Below, piece after piece: positions 25,340 to 38,123 of a stretch of 64,000 nt of DNA. The stretch is from Mobula hypostoma (lineage: Eukaryota). Location of the stretch: contig NC_086097.1 of the NCBI RefSeq assembly GCF_963921235.1, positions 111,230,001 through 111,294,000 on the forward strand, read 5' to 3'. Below the pieces are notes generated by a model that saw only the letters and a list, made by a program, of their open reading frames with translations, ran no database searches and had not been told where the DNA came from. The first letter of the stretch is position 1, and each line of letters opens with the position of its first letter. The translations under genes were made by a program, and so were the position numbers.

Positions 25340-28030
25340 CAAACAAATATACTGCTTTTGGGTACGATAGTGGAGGATGGCCTCTCAGAAAAAAATTGAA
25401 AGCATTAGCCAGATCATTGGCACCAGGTGTGGCTCTGATACAGAGCAGGAGATGGTGGAGATGAGAACTATAGTGGTTGGAAACTTGATAGTCAGGGGAA
25501 AATATGGAAATTCTTGGGTGCGAATGAGACTACATGATGGTATATTGCCTCCCAAGTACAAGGGCCAAGTTTGCAGTATGTTCTCAAGGCAGAGGGTGAG
25601 GAGATAGAGATCAGTGTCCACATTGGTAACGTTGGTATAGGTAGGAAAAGAAGGATTATAACCTTTGGTTTACTGATGTGTTTATGAGGGTAGGAATTAG
25701 AGGATTAGGCAGATGAATATGTATCTGAGGAGCTGGTGTAGGAGTAAGGGACATTTTGTACAGTTGGGATCTCTTCTGGGGCAGAGGTAAACTGTACAAG
25801 AGGAATGGGTTACACCTGAACTAAAGGGGTCTATTTTCCTGCTGGGAAGTCTTGCTGGTGCTAGTCTGTCAGGGGATGGAGCCCAAAGTTTAGTGCGGCA
25901 GATAAAAAAGTTGAAGCAGATAAAGCAAGCATGTTTAGTAGGCAGATCAGATAGGAGCAGGAAGGTGAGTCTGGAAGCTTGGAAAGGCTTAAGTGCATTT
26001 ATTTTAATGCATAATGCATGACAGGTAAGGCAGATGGCATAGGCATGTTATAGCTATCACACAAACATTGTTAAAGGCTGGGCAGGACTAACAATCCAGT
26101 GTTCCGGACTACAACTGCCTTGGGTATGATTATGGTGGGGGTAAGGGAAAGAGGGAATTGCTTCTTTAATTAGGGGGAATCCCAGTAACTAACAGAGGAT
26201 ATATCTTGGAAATTGTTAATTCAGGCTATAAGGGTGGAAAGTAGAAATAAGAAGGGAGTGATCTTTTTGATGGGATTATACAATAGTTAGCAGGAATTAG
26301 AGGGTTAACTGTATAGGGAGATTGCAAATAATTGTAAAAACAATTTATAATGGCAAATGATTTGAACTTCCCCAATATTAACTGGGACAGCCATAGTGCT
26401 AGGGCCTGGATCGATCCAGGAAACATTTCACAGGCAACATATAGATGACCCTACGAGAGACAGGGCAACACTAGATTTCTTCTTGGGAAATGAGACAGGA
26501 CTGAAGTGTCAGCCGGAGAGCATTTTTGGACCCATGTCTATATCATGAGAGATAGGACTGGTCCACAAGTTGAAGATGGAAAATGGTGTAAGGCCAATTT
26601 TGATGGAATTAAATGGGAGCTTGCAAAAATTGATTAGGAGAGGTGGTTTGCAGGTAAATGAATGCCTGACAAGTAGAAGGCTCTTAGCTGATAGGAAGAG
26701 TTCAGGAACAACATGTTCTTTGAGAGTGAAGAGCAAGGCTGGCAGAGTTATGGGATTCTGATTCAGGAAGGTCATTAAAGTTGAGAGGCATTGAAGTTGA
26801 GAGGTCTTGGCCTGCTGCGTTCACCAGCAACTTTGATGTGTGTTGCAGGACATTAAAGTTCTGGTCAGGGAAGGGGAGACATATGCCAAGTACAGAGAGC
26901 TGGGATCAGAAGAATTCCCTTGAGGAGTATAAAGGATGTCGGGGTATTGGGGGAGCAAAAAGTGACACGAGAGTACTTTGGTAGGTATATTAAGGGAGAG
27001 AATAGGGCCCCTTAAGGATCAATGTTTGTCTCTGTGGAACTACAGGAGATGAATTTTTGAATGTTTCTTGTCTGTATTTACCATGAAGAATATGATCATG
27101 GAAGCTGGGAATCCTGGGAAGAGCACGTATCCACATACAAAAGAATTGGTAGTCTTGAAGTATACAAAGTTAGATAAATCTCTGGGGGCTGACCAAGTGT
27201 ATCTGAGGATACTGTGTTAAGGTAGGGAAGAAATTGTTAGGCCCTTTTTCGAGATACTTGTCATTAGCCACGAATAAGATACCAAAGTGTGGCTAATGCT
27301 GTACCATTATTTAAAAATAGACTGCAAAGACTGGTCTGCCTAATATCAGAGGTGGGTAAGTTTCTGGAGGAGATCCTGAAGGACAGGATCCACCTGCATT
27401 TGGAAAGGCTTGGACTCATTATTGATGGTTAGCATGGCTTTATTTGTGGGGAAATTGTGAGTTTTTGGAAGAGGTGACCTAGAGGGCTGATAAGGGCAGG
27501 GCAGTTCATGCTCTCTCCATTTTAAGAAGGCATTTGACAAAGTCCTACATGGTAGGCTGATCTGGAAAGTTGAATTAAATGAGATCCACAATGGGCATGC
27601 CAGTTGGAGACAGAATTGACTTGGTGGAAAGAGTCAGAGATTGGTTGAAGAAAGTTGTTTTTCCAAACTGGAGGCCTGTGACCAGTGTGCTGCAGTGATG
27701 ATTGCTGTGTTCCCTGTTATGTGTCAGATATATCAATGATTTGGATGAGAATAGAGTTGGCATGGTTTGTAAATTTGCGGATGACAGCAAAATTAGTGGT
27801 AGAGTGGACTGTGAAGAAACTTGTCTAAGATTATATAAGGATCTTGAAATTAATTCTGGCAAGAGAATAGCGTTGCATTTTGGAAAGACAAACCAGGGCA
27901 GAAGTTGGGCAATAAATAGTAGTACCCTGAGGGGTGTTGTACAACAGAGATCTATAGGTACAAGGGCATAGTTGCTTAACAGTGTCGACATAAGTAGACA
28001 GAGTGATAAGTGATTCATGTCTTGCACCTT
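25340..28030 (+). mobile_element. Old, heavily decayed CR1 LINE (ORF1 esterase remnant through RT)
   Basis: RTIVVGNLIVRG (CR1 ORF1 SGNH-like) near 25460; DLNFPNINWD near 26360; YINDLDEN...KFADDSKISG in ORF 27702..27971. Confidence 0.7.
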
Positions 28031-28072
28031 TTGTATATTTGAAGCTTAAATTGAGAATCGTGTTGAAACTTA

Positions 28073-29560
28073 GGGTACGTCCACACTACGCCGGATAGAA
28101 ACATAGAAACATAGAAAATAGGTGCAGGAGTAGGCCATTCGGCCCTTTGAGCCTGCACCGCCATTTATTATGATCATGGCTGATCATCCAACTCAGAACC
28201 CCGCCCCAGTCTTCCCTCCATACCCCCTGATCCCCGTAGCCACAAGGGCCATATCTAACTCCCTCTTAAATATAGCCAATGAACTGGCCTCAACAGTTTC
28301 CTGTGGCAGAGAATTCCAGAGATTCACCACTCTCTGTGTGAAGAAGTTTTTCCTAATCTCGGTCCTAAAAGGCTTCCCCTCTATCCTCAAACTGTGACCC
28401 CTCGTTCTGGACTTCCCCAACATCGGGAACAATCTTCCTGCATCTAGCCTGTCCAATCCCTTTAGGATCTTATACGTTTCAATCAGATCCCCCCTCAATC
28501 TTCTAAATTCCAACGAGTACAAGCCCAGTTCATCCAGTCTTTCTTCATATGAAAGTCCTGCCATCCCAGGAATCAATCTGGTGAACCTTCTTTGTACTCC
28601 CTCTATGGCAAAGAAGCTTTTCCTCTTCGTTTTGCCCTCCTGTCCACGCTGAGCCGGCATTTTCAGCCCCCGAAAACGGAGATTTTCGAAAACACTCTCC
28701 AGAGTGAATAAATCTGAAAATGCTTAATATCCGGCGTAGTGTGTACGGGGTAACCGGAGAGATTTTAAAACGCTGTCATGACAACACCACAACAATGCTT
28801 TTTTCTGCTTCTGCTTGGTACTGCGCAAGCTGTTATGACGCACTGTCGGTGTGAATGGCGTGAGAGTTAAACTGTAAAGTGAGCTTTTTTGACTATTTAA
28901 AAACACTGTCATGATGTGCCAGAACAGATGTTCGTTGTTTTCTTGAACGCCACCACCTAACAATTTCAGAACAGACGGACGAGACTGAAGCCAGTTGACC
29001 CATAGCTTACTGAATTAATAAGTATACTCACTTCGCCCTGTTTTCTGTCCTTGCTTGTATGAAGGTGGTTTACCTATTTATGCAAGTACTTCTCTGACAA
29101 TAGATGTGTAACAGCCTAATGTAACATTGTATGGAAATACAAGATAACGCTGATGCAGACATTTTATACATTTAATAAGGTGCTTTATTAATGTAACAGA
29201 GTTAGTCAGTTTTTCAACGTTGGTCGTCAGCCGGGTCGTACTGTCCGTGAACTCCCTGTGGGTTGCCTCCATACGCTCCAGTATTTGTTTTTTTTAAGTT
29301 TTAAGTCCTCCTTTGCGAGAGCCAAGAGCAATTCCTTTAAAGTTTTCCTACTCTGTAACTGGACAAACGCGCACAAAGTATACCGTTTCCTCTTCGCTTG
29401 TTTGCTGTGTGTGTCCTGCGCATGCCCAGTAGGAGGAGATTCGCCCAAATATCCATCTAATGTGGACGGAGATATTTTGAAAAAGGCTTAGTGTGGACGC
29501 CTGTCCTTTTTACTCGAAACCGGCGTTTTCAAAATTATCCGGCGTAGTGTGGACATAGCC
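28073..29560. mobile_element. PIF/Harbinger non-autonomous DNA transposon, with a nested CR1 fragment
   Basis: TIRs GGGTACGTCCACACTACGCCGGATA ... TATCCGGCGTAGTGTGGACATAGCC; TTA duplication at 28070-28072 and 29561-29563; minus-strand coiled-coil remnant (LLLALAKEDLKLKK...MEATHREFTDSTTRLTTNVEKLTNSV) resembling a Harbinger Myb/SANT ORF C-terminus. Confidence 0.85.
28096..28612 (-). mobile_element. Young CR1 3' fragment nested in the Harbinger element
   Basis: ORF 28193..28660 (AIEGVQRRFTRLIPGMAGLSYEERL...); (CATAGAAA)n tail; very similar to 9171-9685. Confidence 0.93.
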
Positions 29561-30227
29561 TTAGAATTGAAGAACTGTTTTCCTTGTGACTATGTTGTGA
29601 TGATAATGGTAGTTAAACTGTGGAAAATCTATTCCTTGGAAAGCCATTTTATTTTTGCAAAGTTACATTTGTGTGAAGAATTGTTTAATCTTAGATCAAT
29701 TTTAAGTATTTTTGAATTACTCGTGTTAAAATTGTTTACAAATCTTGGATTAGGTAAACTAAGGCCATGGTAGCTTTCAGGGGCATTCTTAATCAACAAC
29801 ATGGTAAAGAATATTTTTATATAGATATTGAACTTAACTGTTTCTTCATACTTTGAATCTTTTAAAAATTCATTTGTGTTAAGGGAAAATTGCCTTTAAT
29901 TTTCAATGACCTGTATTTCTTTGCGTGGTTGAAAGAGCTAAATATAATTTATATTTTGAAATGCTATTTTGGCTGATGCCTCAGCTGCTGGAAGCTTTGG
30001 AATTGATGCTGGACAGGAATCATTGAAAGAGGACCGCAAGGTTTTTGTGGTTTTCTTTGTTCATTTCCCTTTTACTACAAACGTTTGGCTTTTGTTACAC
30101 TAGTAACCTATTGCTTTTATACCTTCATGGAGCTACCTTATTCTAACTATGCATTTTACTGTATATTTTAATGTACATGTGACAAATAATGGAACTCAAC
30201 CAATCAATTTTCTTTGCTTTTTTGTAG

Positions 30228-30314
30228 GCAGAGGCCAGGCTTGCAGCCAAACGTGCAGCCCGAGCAGAGGCAAGAGATATTCGTATGAAAGAACTGGAGC
30301 GGCAGCAGAAGGAG
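30228..30314 (+). CDS. LRRFIP2: LRRFIP2 coding exon ([29 protein letters not shown]), N-terminal coiled coil
   Basis: Polypyrimidine tract plus TAG acceptor, GAG|GTATGG donor, 87 nt, phase 0-0; LRRFIP-family signature sequence. Confidence 0.96.
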
Positions 30315-32207
30315 GTATGGGAAGGCATGCTTTCTGAGTGCCTGAAGAAAGTAAGGTGCAGTGAGTAATGAAAATTGGCATGGTCATCTGCCAGGCACTT
30401 CAGTAGAATTAACGCAACAGTGTTGTGAAATTGAGAAGATTGTAAGATATTGTTTAAATCATATTTGCAAGTTGGGACACATGATTTAGCTTGGTTCTGA
30501 ATGAGATGCAGGAAGAAATACCATCTTTCATGCCTGCACCACATTTTCTAACTATCTTGAATGTTGTGGCAGTGTTTATTGCCACTCAAGGAACCCCTAG
30601 ACAATGTTGGTACGTTCTTTTTTGATCTGCTGTAAACTGTATTGCATGAAAGCTTGTATACAGAAGACATTGCATGTGGGTAGCCCTAGCCTCAGCCAAA
30701 AAAAGATATATTTTTGATGGTACATTGTCTGTGAATCATTCATCCCAAGTGTTTTTGTGGAGAACTGCAATACATCGTGTATGGGTCTTTGAGTGACATG
30801 CTGACCTAATTTTCCATTTGCACCATATAAGTATTAAGTGTTTTGAACAGTTCATTCGAACTGGTTCTTCATTTCTTGTTTCATTCAGTTAGATACTTAT
30901 CTTTCATTTGTGTTCCTTTTTTTCATGGTATGCTTTTTGGCTGACTTGCAAGCATCAAATTAAATGCTTTTTAAATGTAATTATGTTTATGGATGCACTG
31001 AAGTAAACAAATTATTTAGCAATATTCCTATATTTTGTAATTATTTAGAATCTATTATTATGCCAGTCCTTGAATGAGGTGTTGGGTTTTTAAAGGAAAA
31101 GTTGTTGGAATGTTTTTCAAAATTGTGGGTTTTGCTGTGTCTAGATGTATTGGTTGTAAAAGTACGTGCAGAATCATTCAGAAGACAAATGTTGCATTGG
31201 CAAATTTCAAGGGTTAAGGAGTACATAGGAGAGGATATTTTATGTAAGTTGTATAGAGCCTTAGCTAGATCTGCTGAATTTCAATGGGTACTGCATTTCA
31301 GGAAGGTTATCTGAGTCTTGGTAGGAGGGTGTACAGCATGCATTCACCAGAATCGTATCAGGCTCTGAAAGGACAATAGTATTTCTTGTATAAATTGTGA
31401 TAGACACTGACACAGCTTTGGAGGGAAGTCAAGCATATTTTGGTCAGACAAACTGTAATGTGTACTCCTCCACATTACTCTTTTTAAACTGTTGTGATCG
31501 TTTTTCATTGTTTATGGAAGATTATCAGAATATGGAGCATATGTATCAAAGGTTTAATAGTCTAATAAGTAATTAAATGGTCAAATTGACTTGAATTAAA
31601 TGATGTTTTCCTTATTTGTCTTGTAAATGAACAAAAGTGACTCAATTAATCTGAGTTTAGTATTATAGCTGAGCCTCAGAAAACTGTAGCAATAAGAATG
31701 GCAAACATTTGAATTTTTTGACAAACCATTCTGTTCAGCCAACCAATCTTCTGGGCATGTGCTAAATATAATTATGTAACTGTGCACACATCATGTTTTG
31801 ACAGAGTCATGGCACTTATTCACCTGGACTATGTGAGGTACTTGGTACATTTATTTGAAATATTGGAAAACAGGGTGGAGTGGTGGACATGCCCTCTTGT
31901 CAGTACGCAAGTCTTTAACAATTCCATAATAAAGTAATAGCTCACTAAGTGACTTGTATAGCTTCTGAAACTGCTTGTGATGATTTGATCTTCAATATCT
32001 TAAAGCAAAATTGTGTAGGAAAAACATGAAAATCTGAGCTCTCAGGATGTTGTAGCACTGCTTACTAAACACAAATTAAAGTTGGAACATGTGCCCAAAC
32101 AGAACTGAAGCTTGCTTTTCCATCGTGTATCAGTAGTGCTCTGATCTGTCAGTGTTTCCTTTTCCTCTCTCAAGTAATTTTCTTTTTCTTTTAACTTCTT
32201 TGTGTAG

Positions 32208-32255
32208 ATTTATCATTCATCTGACAGAAAATGGGGAGAAATTCACCAGTGGATG
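32208..32255 (+). CDS. LRRFIP2: LRRFIP2 short coding exon (IYHSSDRKWGEIHQWM)
   Basis: Long pyrimidine tract plus TAG, ATG|GTATAA donor, 48 nt; matches the recalled DRKWGQIQKWL exon. Confidence 0.9.
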
Positions 32256-33359
32256 GTATAAAGCCTGGTGTTGGTTGTTACTGTGCAGTGGTGGCTGATG
32301 TTTAACTTACTAACAAGTACAATTTGAGTGCATTTGTTTACTTGGAATTATCTGAATTAACAGCTTTATTTTAGGTTTTCAGTCTAATAAATGCTAATGC
32401 ATGCAGGGTATAGAATTTATATATTACAATTTGAGTGTCACAAATAAATGAAAATAAATTCAAAATTTGAATGTACTCTTCTGATTGAGCCCTGCCTCAT
32501 TTATTTTAAATACTTGTTCAGGAGACATCTTCCTCAACAATTAGTTTCAATTTCTTGAGAAGATAATTTGTTGTTATAGCCTATTCACTTATGTACCCCT
32601 GCAGGATGAATAACATGCTAGTTTTCACATGTCTTGAAACATTCAAATCCACTGTGGATGTCACTGAAAATATCAACATTTTCAAGATGGTTCCAAACAG
32701 TTTTAAGGATCAACCCTCCTCTGAGGATTGATACTGCATTGGATTCTTTCAATAGGCTAAAAATGACCTAGCACCCTCCTGGATCAAAAATTAACTCAGG
32801 GACTTGAACTTTTAATTCTGGTCCTTTAACAACATGCTTACCTCTGGTTCTGTTATCTTCATTATAACTTTTCCACCCTTAGTAACACAATGTAGTTCTG
32901 GGGTTAATGCTTACAGCACTACCCTTTAATTTGCTACGTTTTTAAGATTTTTTTACATTGTTGTTGCTATGAGATTTAATGAATGGCTGATGACCATCAA
33001 ATGAACAAATTTTCATTTGTATTAACAAAATCTAACTTAATTTTAGCGCCAAGAGCTGGCCATTATTTCTTGGAGGAGGAGCAATCTTAGGGACTACTTG
33101 GGTATTTTGAATCTTAATAACAAGCAGAACTCTGTAACCTTGACAAATTATGGTTGGATAGGTTGGCATATTTTTGCTGGAGTAAGGTAAGGCTTACAAT
33201 GTGTACCCCAAAGACTCAGTGGTATTAAAATGAAATCTCATGACTCAAACTCCTGCACATTATACACCTATGGCAAGTTTGGGAAGGGATTGGAAGTCTG
33301 ATGCTCTGCTGTGAATGTCATTAATATTTTTTAGTACTTGAGCATGTATCACTGAAATA

Positions 33360-33619
33360 CACTCAGTGGCCACTTTAGTAGATACCACTTGTACCTAATT
33401 AAAGTGGTCACCGGTCCTGCTTGGTGGCGCAATAATATCAGCACCAGACTTTGGAGCGAAGGTTCCCGAGTTCGAATCCAAGTCGGGTTGAGTGTCGAGC
33501 TAGCAACTCGGCCTCGTAAAAACAAGAATAGCTTGCTACAGAAGCACCGTCATGACGATGCTCCGATAACTCCACTGCCGAGTTAAGGGCTTAAAGAAGA
33601 AGAAAGTGGTCACTGAGTT
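33360..33619. mobile_element. Tc1-derived miniature inverted-repeat element, split by a SINE
   Basis: TA|CACTCAGTGGCCACTTTA ... TAAAGTGGTCAC[SINE]TGAGT inverted repeat resembling fish Tc1 TIRs. Confidence 0.65.
33412..33602 (+). mobile_element. tRNA-derived SINE, probably RTE-mobilised
   Basis: A-box-like TGGCGCAATAA, B-box GAGTTCGAATCC, (GAA)n tail, 11-bp duplication AAAGTGGTCAC (33401-33411 and 33603-33613). Confidence 0.8.
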
Positions 33620-33689
33620 TATGTTCGTGGTCTTCAGCTGCTGTAGTTTATTCACTTCCAGGTTTGACGTGTTGTGCGGACTAGAATAT

Positions 33690-34200
33690 AGAAAGAAGTA
33701 AGGAAACTTCACAAAGCATTGGTCAGACCACATTTGGAGTATTGTGAGCAGTTTGTGGCTCCATATCTAAGAAAGGATGCCCTGGGATTGGAGAGGTTCC
33801 AGAGGAGGTTTATGCGAATGATTCCGGGAATAAAAGGGTTAATGTTTAATGTCTCTGGGCCTGTTTAGATAGAGTAGTCATGGAGAATACGTTTCCAACA
33901 TTGGGGGAGTCTAGAATCAGAGGGTACTGCTTCAAAATAGAGGGAGCTCCATTTAGAACAGGGATGAAGAGAGACTTCTTTAGCCAGAAGGTGCTGAATC
34001 AGTAAAATTCTTTCCCACAGGAGGCCAATTCATTAACTATATTTAAAGTGGTAGTTGCTAGTTTCGTAATTTGTAAGGGCATTAGTGGTTATGGGGAGAA
34101 GGCAGGAAAATACAATTGGGAGGCAAAATAAATCAGCTTTGGTTGAATGGTGGATGGACGTGATGGACAGAGTCTTAACTCTGCTTTTATAACTTAAAGA
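33690..34200 (+). mobile_element. CR1 3' fragment, decayed
   Basis: KALVRPHLEYCEQF.APYLRKD...LERFQRRF on the + strand. Confidence 0.7.
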
Positions 34201-34918
34201 CCTTTTGGTCTAAATTAACTCAGTTCCATTTAGTCTCTTGCAGCTTTATGCACGTTTATGTTTTACTTCAGCTACTAATCATATATCCTTTATCTTTCTC
34301 TACCTATTTTTTAAAATTACATTTCTATTTTCTATTTTATTTTGCACAATTCTCATCTGCATTAATTTGATCGCATGTATCTTAAACCACATTTTTTTGA
34401 TCAGTTTTAATTTCATTTGAAAGAATTCAAACTTTGTTTCATTTTCTTTCCTTCTTGAGGTATTGTTCAAAGTTCAAAGGAAATTTATTGAGTATATGTC
34501 ACTATACATGAGATTCATTTTCTTTCAGGCATTCACAGTCGAACAAATAAATGCAATAGAGTTTAAAAAAAAGCTACAGACAAAGACTGACAAACAACCA
34601 ATGGGTAAAAGAAGACAAACTGTGCAAATTAAAAACATAATAATTATTTATAAATAAATAGATAGATAGATAAATAGATAGGTAGGGTAAATAAATAATA
34701 CTGAAAATCTGAGCTGTAGAGTCCTTGAAAGTTAGTCCATAGGGTGTGGAATCAGTTCAGAGTTGAGATGAGTGAAATTATCCATACTGGTTTGGGATTG
34801 GAGGGTAATAACCGTTACCCTTCAGAGCAGAGCTGAGGAGGAATTTATTTAGCCAGAGTGTGTTGAATCTGCATAATTCTTTGCCATTGGAGGCTAATTA
34901 ATTAGGTATATTTAAAGT

Positions 34919-34991
34919 CAGCAGTTCCCAATCTGGGGTCCATGGACCTCTCAATAAAGCTCCATGGCATGAAAAAGGTTGGGAACCCCTG
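34919..34991. mobile_element. Tiny hAT-like MITE
   Basis: CAGCAGTTCCCAATCT ... AGGTTGGGAACCCCTG inverted termini resembling Charlie/hAT CAGGGGTTCCCAACCT; no clear 8-bp duplication. Confidence 0.45.
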
Positions 34992-35426
34992 ATTGAACTG
35001 GTGGTTGTTAGCTTCATGATTAGTAAGATCTAATTACCAATTAGCCCTTACAAATGGTGGTGTGGGACCTCAAGCTCCTTTACCTCCTGTCTGACAATGG
35101 TAGCAAGAAGGCAGCATAGCTTGGATATTGGGGGTCCTTGATAATGGATGCTGCTTTCCTTGTAGATGTATTTATTGGTAGGTTTAGACTTTACCTACAC
35201 TTTCTTCTGGTAAAACGTTCCCTCTTTCCAATTAGTTTTTGACACTGAATCCACATGTATCAGATTGAACTTATTTCCTCATGTTGGAGCACACTTCACT
35301 TTGCTGTGCATTATTCCAATAATTGATCCATTACTCCATTACTGCTTCCTTCCTGGTTGTCTCTGGACAGATGCTACTGATCTGCTGAGTATCCCCATTA
35401 TCTTGTGTTTTATTTCTGCTTCATTG

Positions 35427-35920
35427 TTTAAAGTTCAAAGTAAATTTATTATCAAAGTGTATATATATATGTCACCATAAACAACCCTGAGATTCATTTA
35501 CTTATAGGTACATTCAATAAATCCAATAACCACAGTAGAATCAACAGGGCAGACAACCAGTGCACAAAGTACAAATTGTGCAAACACGAAGAGAAAGAAA
35601 AAAAGAGTAATAAATAACTAAGTAATAAATATTGAGAACATGGGATAAAGAGTCCTTGAAAGTGAGTCCGTGGATTGTGGGATTGTCCATGGAGTCCAGT
35701 GATGGGGCAAGTGAACTTATTCCCTCTGGTTCAAGAGCCTGGTGGTTGAGGGGTAATGACTGTTTCTGAACCTGGTGGTGTGAATCCTGAGGCTCCTGTG
35801 CCTTTTTCCTGATGGCAACATAAATGAAAAAGCATGGGCTGAATGGTTGGGGTCCCTGATGATGGATGCTGCTTTCCTGCGACGATGCTCCCTGTAGATG
35901 TTTTCAGTAGTGGAAAGAGC
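35427..35920 (-). mobile_element. Rex1/Babar 3' end (a related copy lies at about 34465-35170)
   Basis: ORF 35717..35953: RKAASIIRDPNHSAHAFSFMLPSGKRHRSLRIHTTRFRNSHYPSTTRLLN. Confidence 0.75.
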
Positions 35921-36595
35921 ATAATCTAAGATCTTGTATTTAGGGAATTGCACCTCCTCTTTACCATTTTATGTGGTCGCATTACTGTTAAGTATTGTGT
36001 TCATTAAGTCACTGATACTACCACTCATACTTAATTACTCCTGCATCTTTCATTGCTAACAGTTAACTTGGGTGCACTCCCCTAAAGCTTACATTATGGC
36101 AATCAGACACACCCTCAAACTGAAAAGGAGGCAAGGTGAAAACAGATTCTCCGCTTATTTGGTTAATGTTTTATGAAATTTGACAGGTGTAATCAAGCTT
36201 AACAGGTGATGACTCAGTTTAATTTGTGCAATTTGTGCTGCACTTAACCATTTAATTGATCCAGTCTCAAAGTAGTTTTAATCTTTTGCTGTAAAGTAGA
36301 CAATTCATTGTAAGTTGTTGGTGGTTTTCTAGTGTCTTCTATTTAACAGTGTGTATCAGTTGATCAGAAAAAGCGATTTTTGACAAATGGTTGGAGTGCT
36401 GTGCTTTAATAATCACATAAATCAAATTCTGTGGACTGTTCTTTGCTGATCTTCTCTACTTCCAAGATAACCTCTCTCTCTTTGTGCATGATTATTATTG
36501 AAATATATTTAGCTTAATTTGTTCATCTTAATGAACTTGTACATCATTTGGTTGTTTGATATCTGTTCATTTGATGTTTGCTGTCTCCTTACCAG

Positions 36596-36646
36596 GAGAA
36601 TGCAGAACGTGCTAAGCATTCTATTAGGCCTCACCGACATCACCTG
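36596..36646 (+). CDS. LRRFIP2: LRRFIP2 short coding exon (ENAERAKHSIRPHRHHL)
   Basis: CTCCTTACCAG acceptor, CTG|GTTTGT donor, 51 nt; matches recalled EDSERARYSHRSSHHRPYL. Confidence 0.85.
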
Positions 36647-36729
36647 GTTTGTACACCTTTTAAAAATCACTTTTTGGAGTTAATACCAGCTCTATCTGTT
36701 CTCATTTATTTTCTTTTTATACTTATCAG

Positions 36730-36774
36730 GGAGCCAATGATGCCCTGTCTGTTCGAAGTTATAGCAGCCCAAGG
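36730..36774 (+). CDS. LRRFIP2: LRRFIP2 short coding exon (GANDALSVRSYSSPR)
   Basis: Pyrimidine tract plus CAG, AGG|GTTAGT donor, 45 nt; matches recalled GVEDALSIRSVGSHR. Confidence 0.88.
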
Positions 36775-38123
36775 GTTAGTACTTCAATTCTATCAATGAT
36801 TCTGGTCAGACTTCTCAAGTACATCTTATATTTAACTGAATAAGACATTTATGGTACACTGGCTATAATTTGTCTCCAAAGTTGGTCTACGAATGAACAG
36901 TAATTCTGACAAAAGATTGAGGCTGAGGAGATGGTGGTGGCGTCATTGTCCAAACACTGAAGTAGGGATCTTCAGTCTATGCTGGTGGACAAAACTATTT
37001 CTTTTAGCAAAAAGCAAGGAATGAAAGCGGATGAAAAACTATTTGTTGGGTTGTCAATATCTGCAGTGTAATAACTTATGGCTGTGTTAAATTGCTGTCC
37101 TGCTTAAATGCTATCAAAAAGCCAGAATGAGAGCAGATGAGGAGCTATTTTCAGTAAAGTTTCAGCAGTGATAGTTGCTGTCTAGGTTATGGATTAGAAT
37201 GTCATCTAGTCATAAGGACTAGAAAGAAGCCCTTTGGTCCACCGTGTCTGTGCCCAACCTAAGTAAATTCCATTCCCTATATTTTTCCTGTATCCCTTTA
37301 AATCTTTCCTATCCCAATATCTATCCAAGTGCTTTTTAAACTTTGTAATTTTACCCCCCTCTACTACTACCTCACCCACCATCCAGTATCGTTGGGAGTA
37401 AAGGTCTTTCTTTAAACCTGTTCTCTGTAGTATCCTATGAACAGGACAGTGACCATTCTTATTATTTACACCCCTCGTAAAGCTCTTTAAGGTCACACCT
37501 TGATCTTCTTTGCTCCAGTCTTTCCAGTCTCCCCTTACAATCTCAGTCCCTGAAGTATTAGCAACATTCAAGTGAATCATTTTTACATCCTCTCACTTAA
37601 TCATGTTATTCCTATAGTATGGCAACTGGAACTGCACGTAGTTTTCCAGATGGAGTTTCATCAATGTTCTTTGCATGTTTAGTCAACCAAATGAGTAACA
37701 ATCCAATGATTTTGTGATTACATTACAATTGTTTTTGGTTTTATTTTAATTGTAAATTTGTAAATAAGATCTAAAATCAAGCACATACTAGCTCATTCTG
37801 AACATAAATGTGATTATATTTTTAGCTGCTACGTGAAATTATGGAAGGGCATAAATACTGCCCTTGAGAGCAATATCTTCTTCCTATAAATTATTTTTCA
37901 AGAAACATTGCATGAATTAGCTCTCACCCATTGTCTCCTGAATGGGAAATAACTTCATTTTAAAATTGTCATCTGTGTAATGAGCTCCGTACTTGGACTT
38001 TTACCTTTTCTTCGTCTGTAATCTTATCTGGATCTAGAATCATTTGTGTACCTTGAATTTTGGAGTGCTACATGTCTCCACATACAATATGGGAACAGTG
38101 AATCTAAATTCTGAAATTCTATA

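Noticed and set aside
29961..30040. Possible alternative first coding exon upstream of the AEARL exon, as in LRRFIP1
   Set aside because: The ATG frame ends in TGA before the donor-like AAG|GTTTTT, and the frame that is open to the donor has no ATG.
18322..30314. Assignment to LRRFIP1 rather than LRRFIP2
   Set aside because: [32 protein letters not shown] and the downstream exon series match LRRFIP2 better as recalled; a phylogeny would confirm.
30143..30544. 133-aa minus-strand ORF
   Set aside because: Antisense to the real LRRFIP2 exon 30228-30314 plus intron sequence.
33412..33485. tRNA gene
   Set aside because: A and B boxes are present but no convincing cloverleaf; the tail and target-site duplication identify it as a SINE.
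36578..36799. 73-aa ORF spanning two exons
   Set aside because: It reads exon 36596-36646 in frame, then continues through the 83-nt intron out of frame; the spliced reading fits LRRFIP2 homology better.
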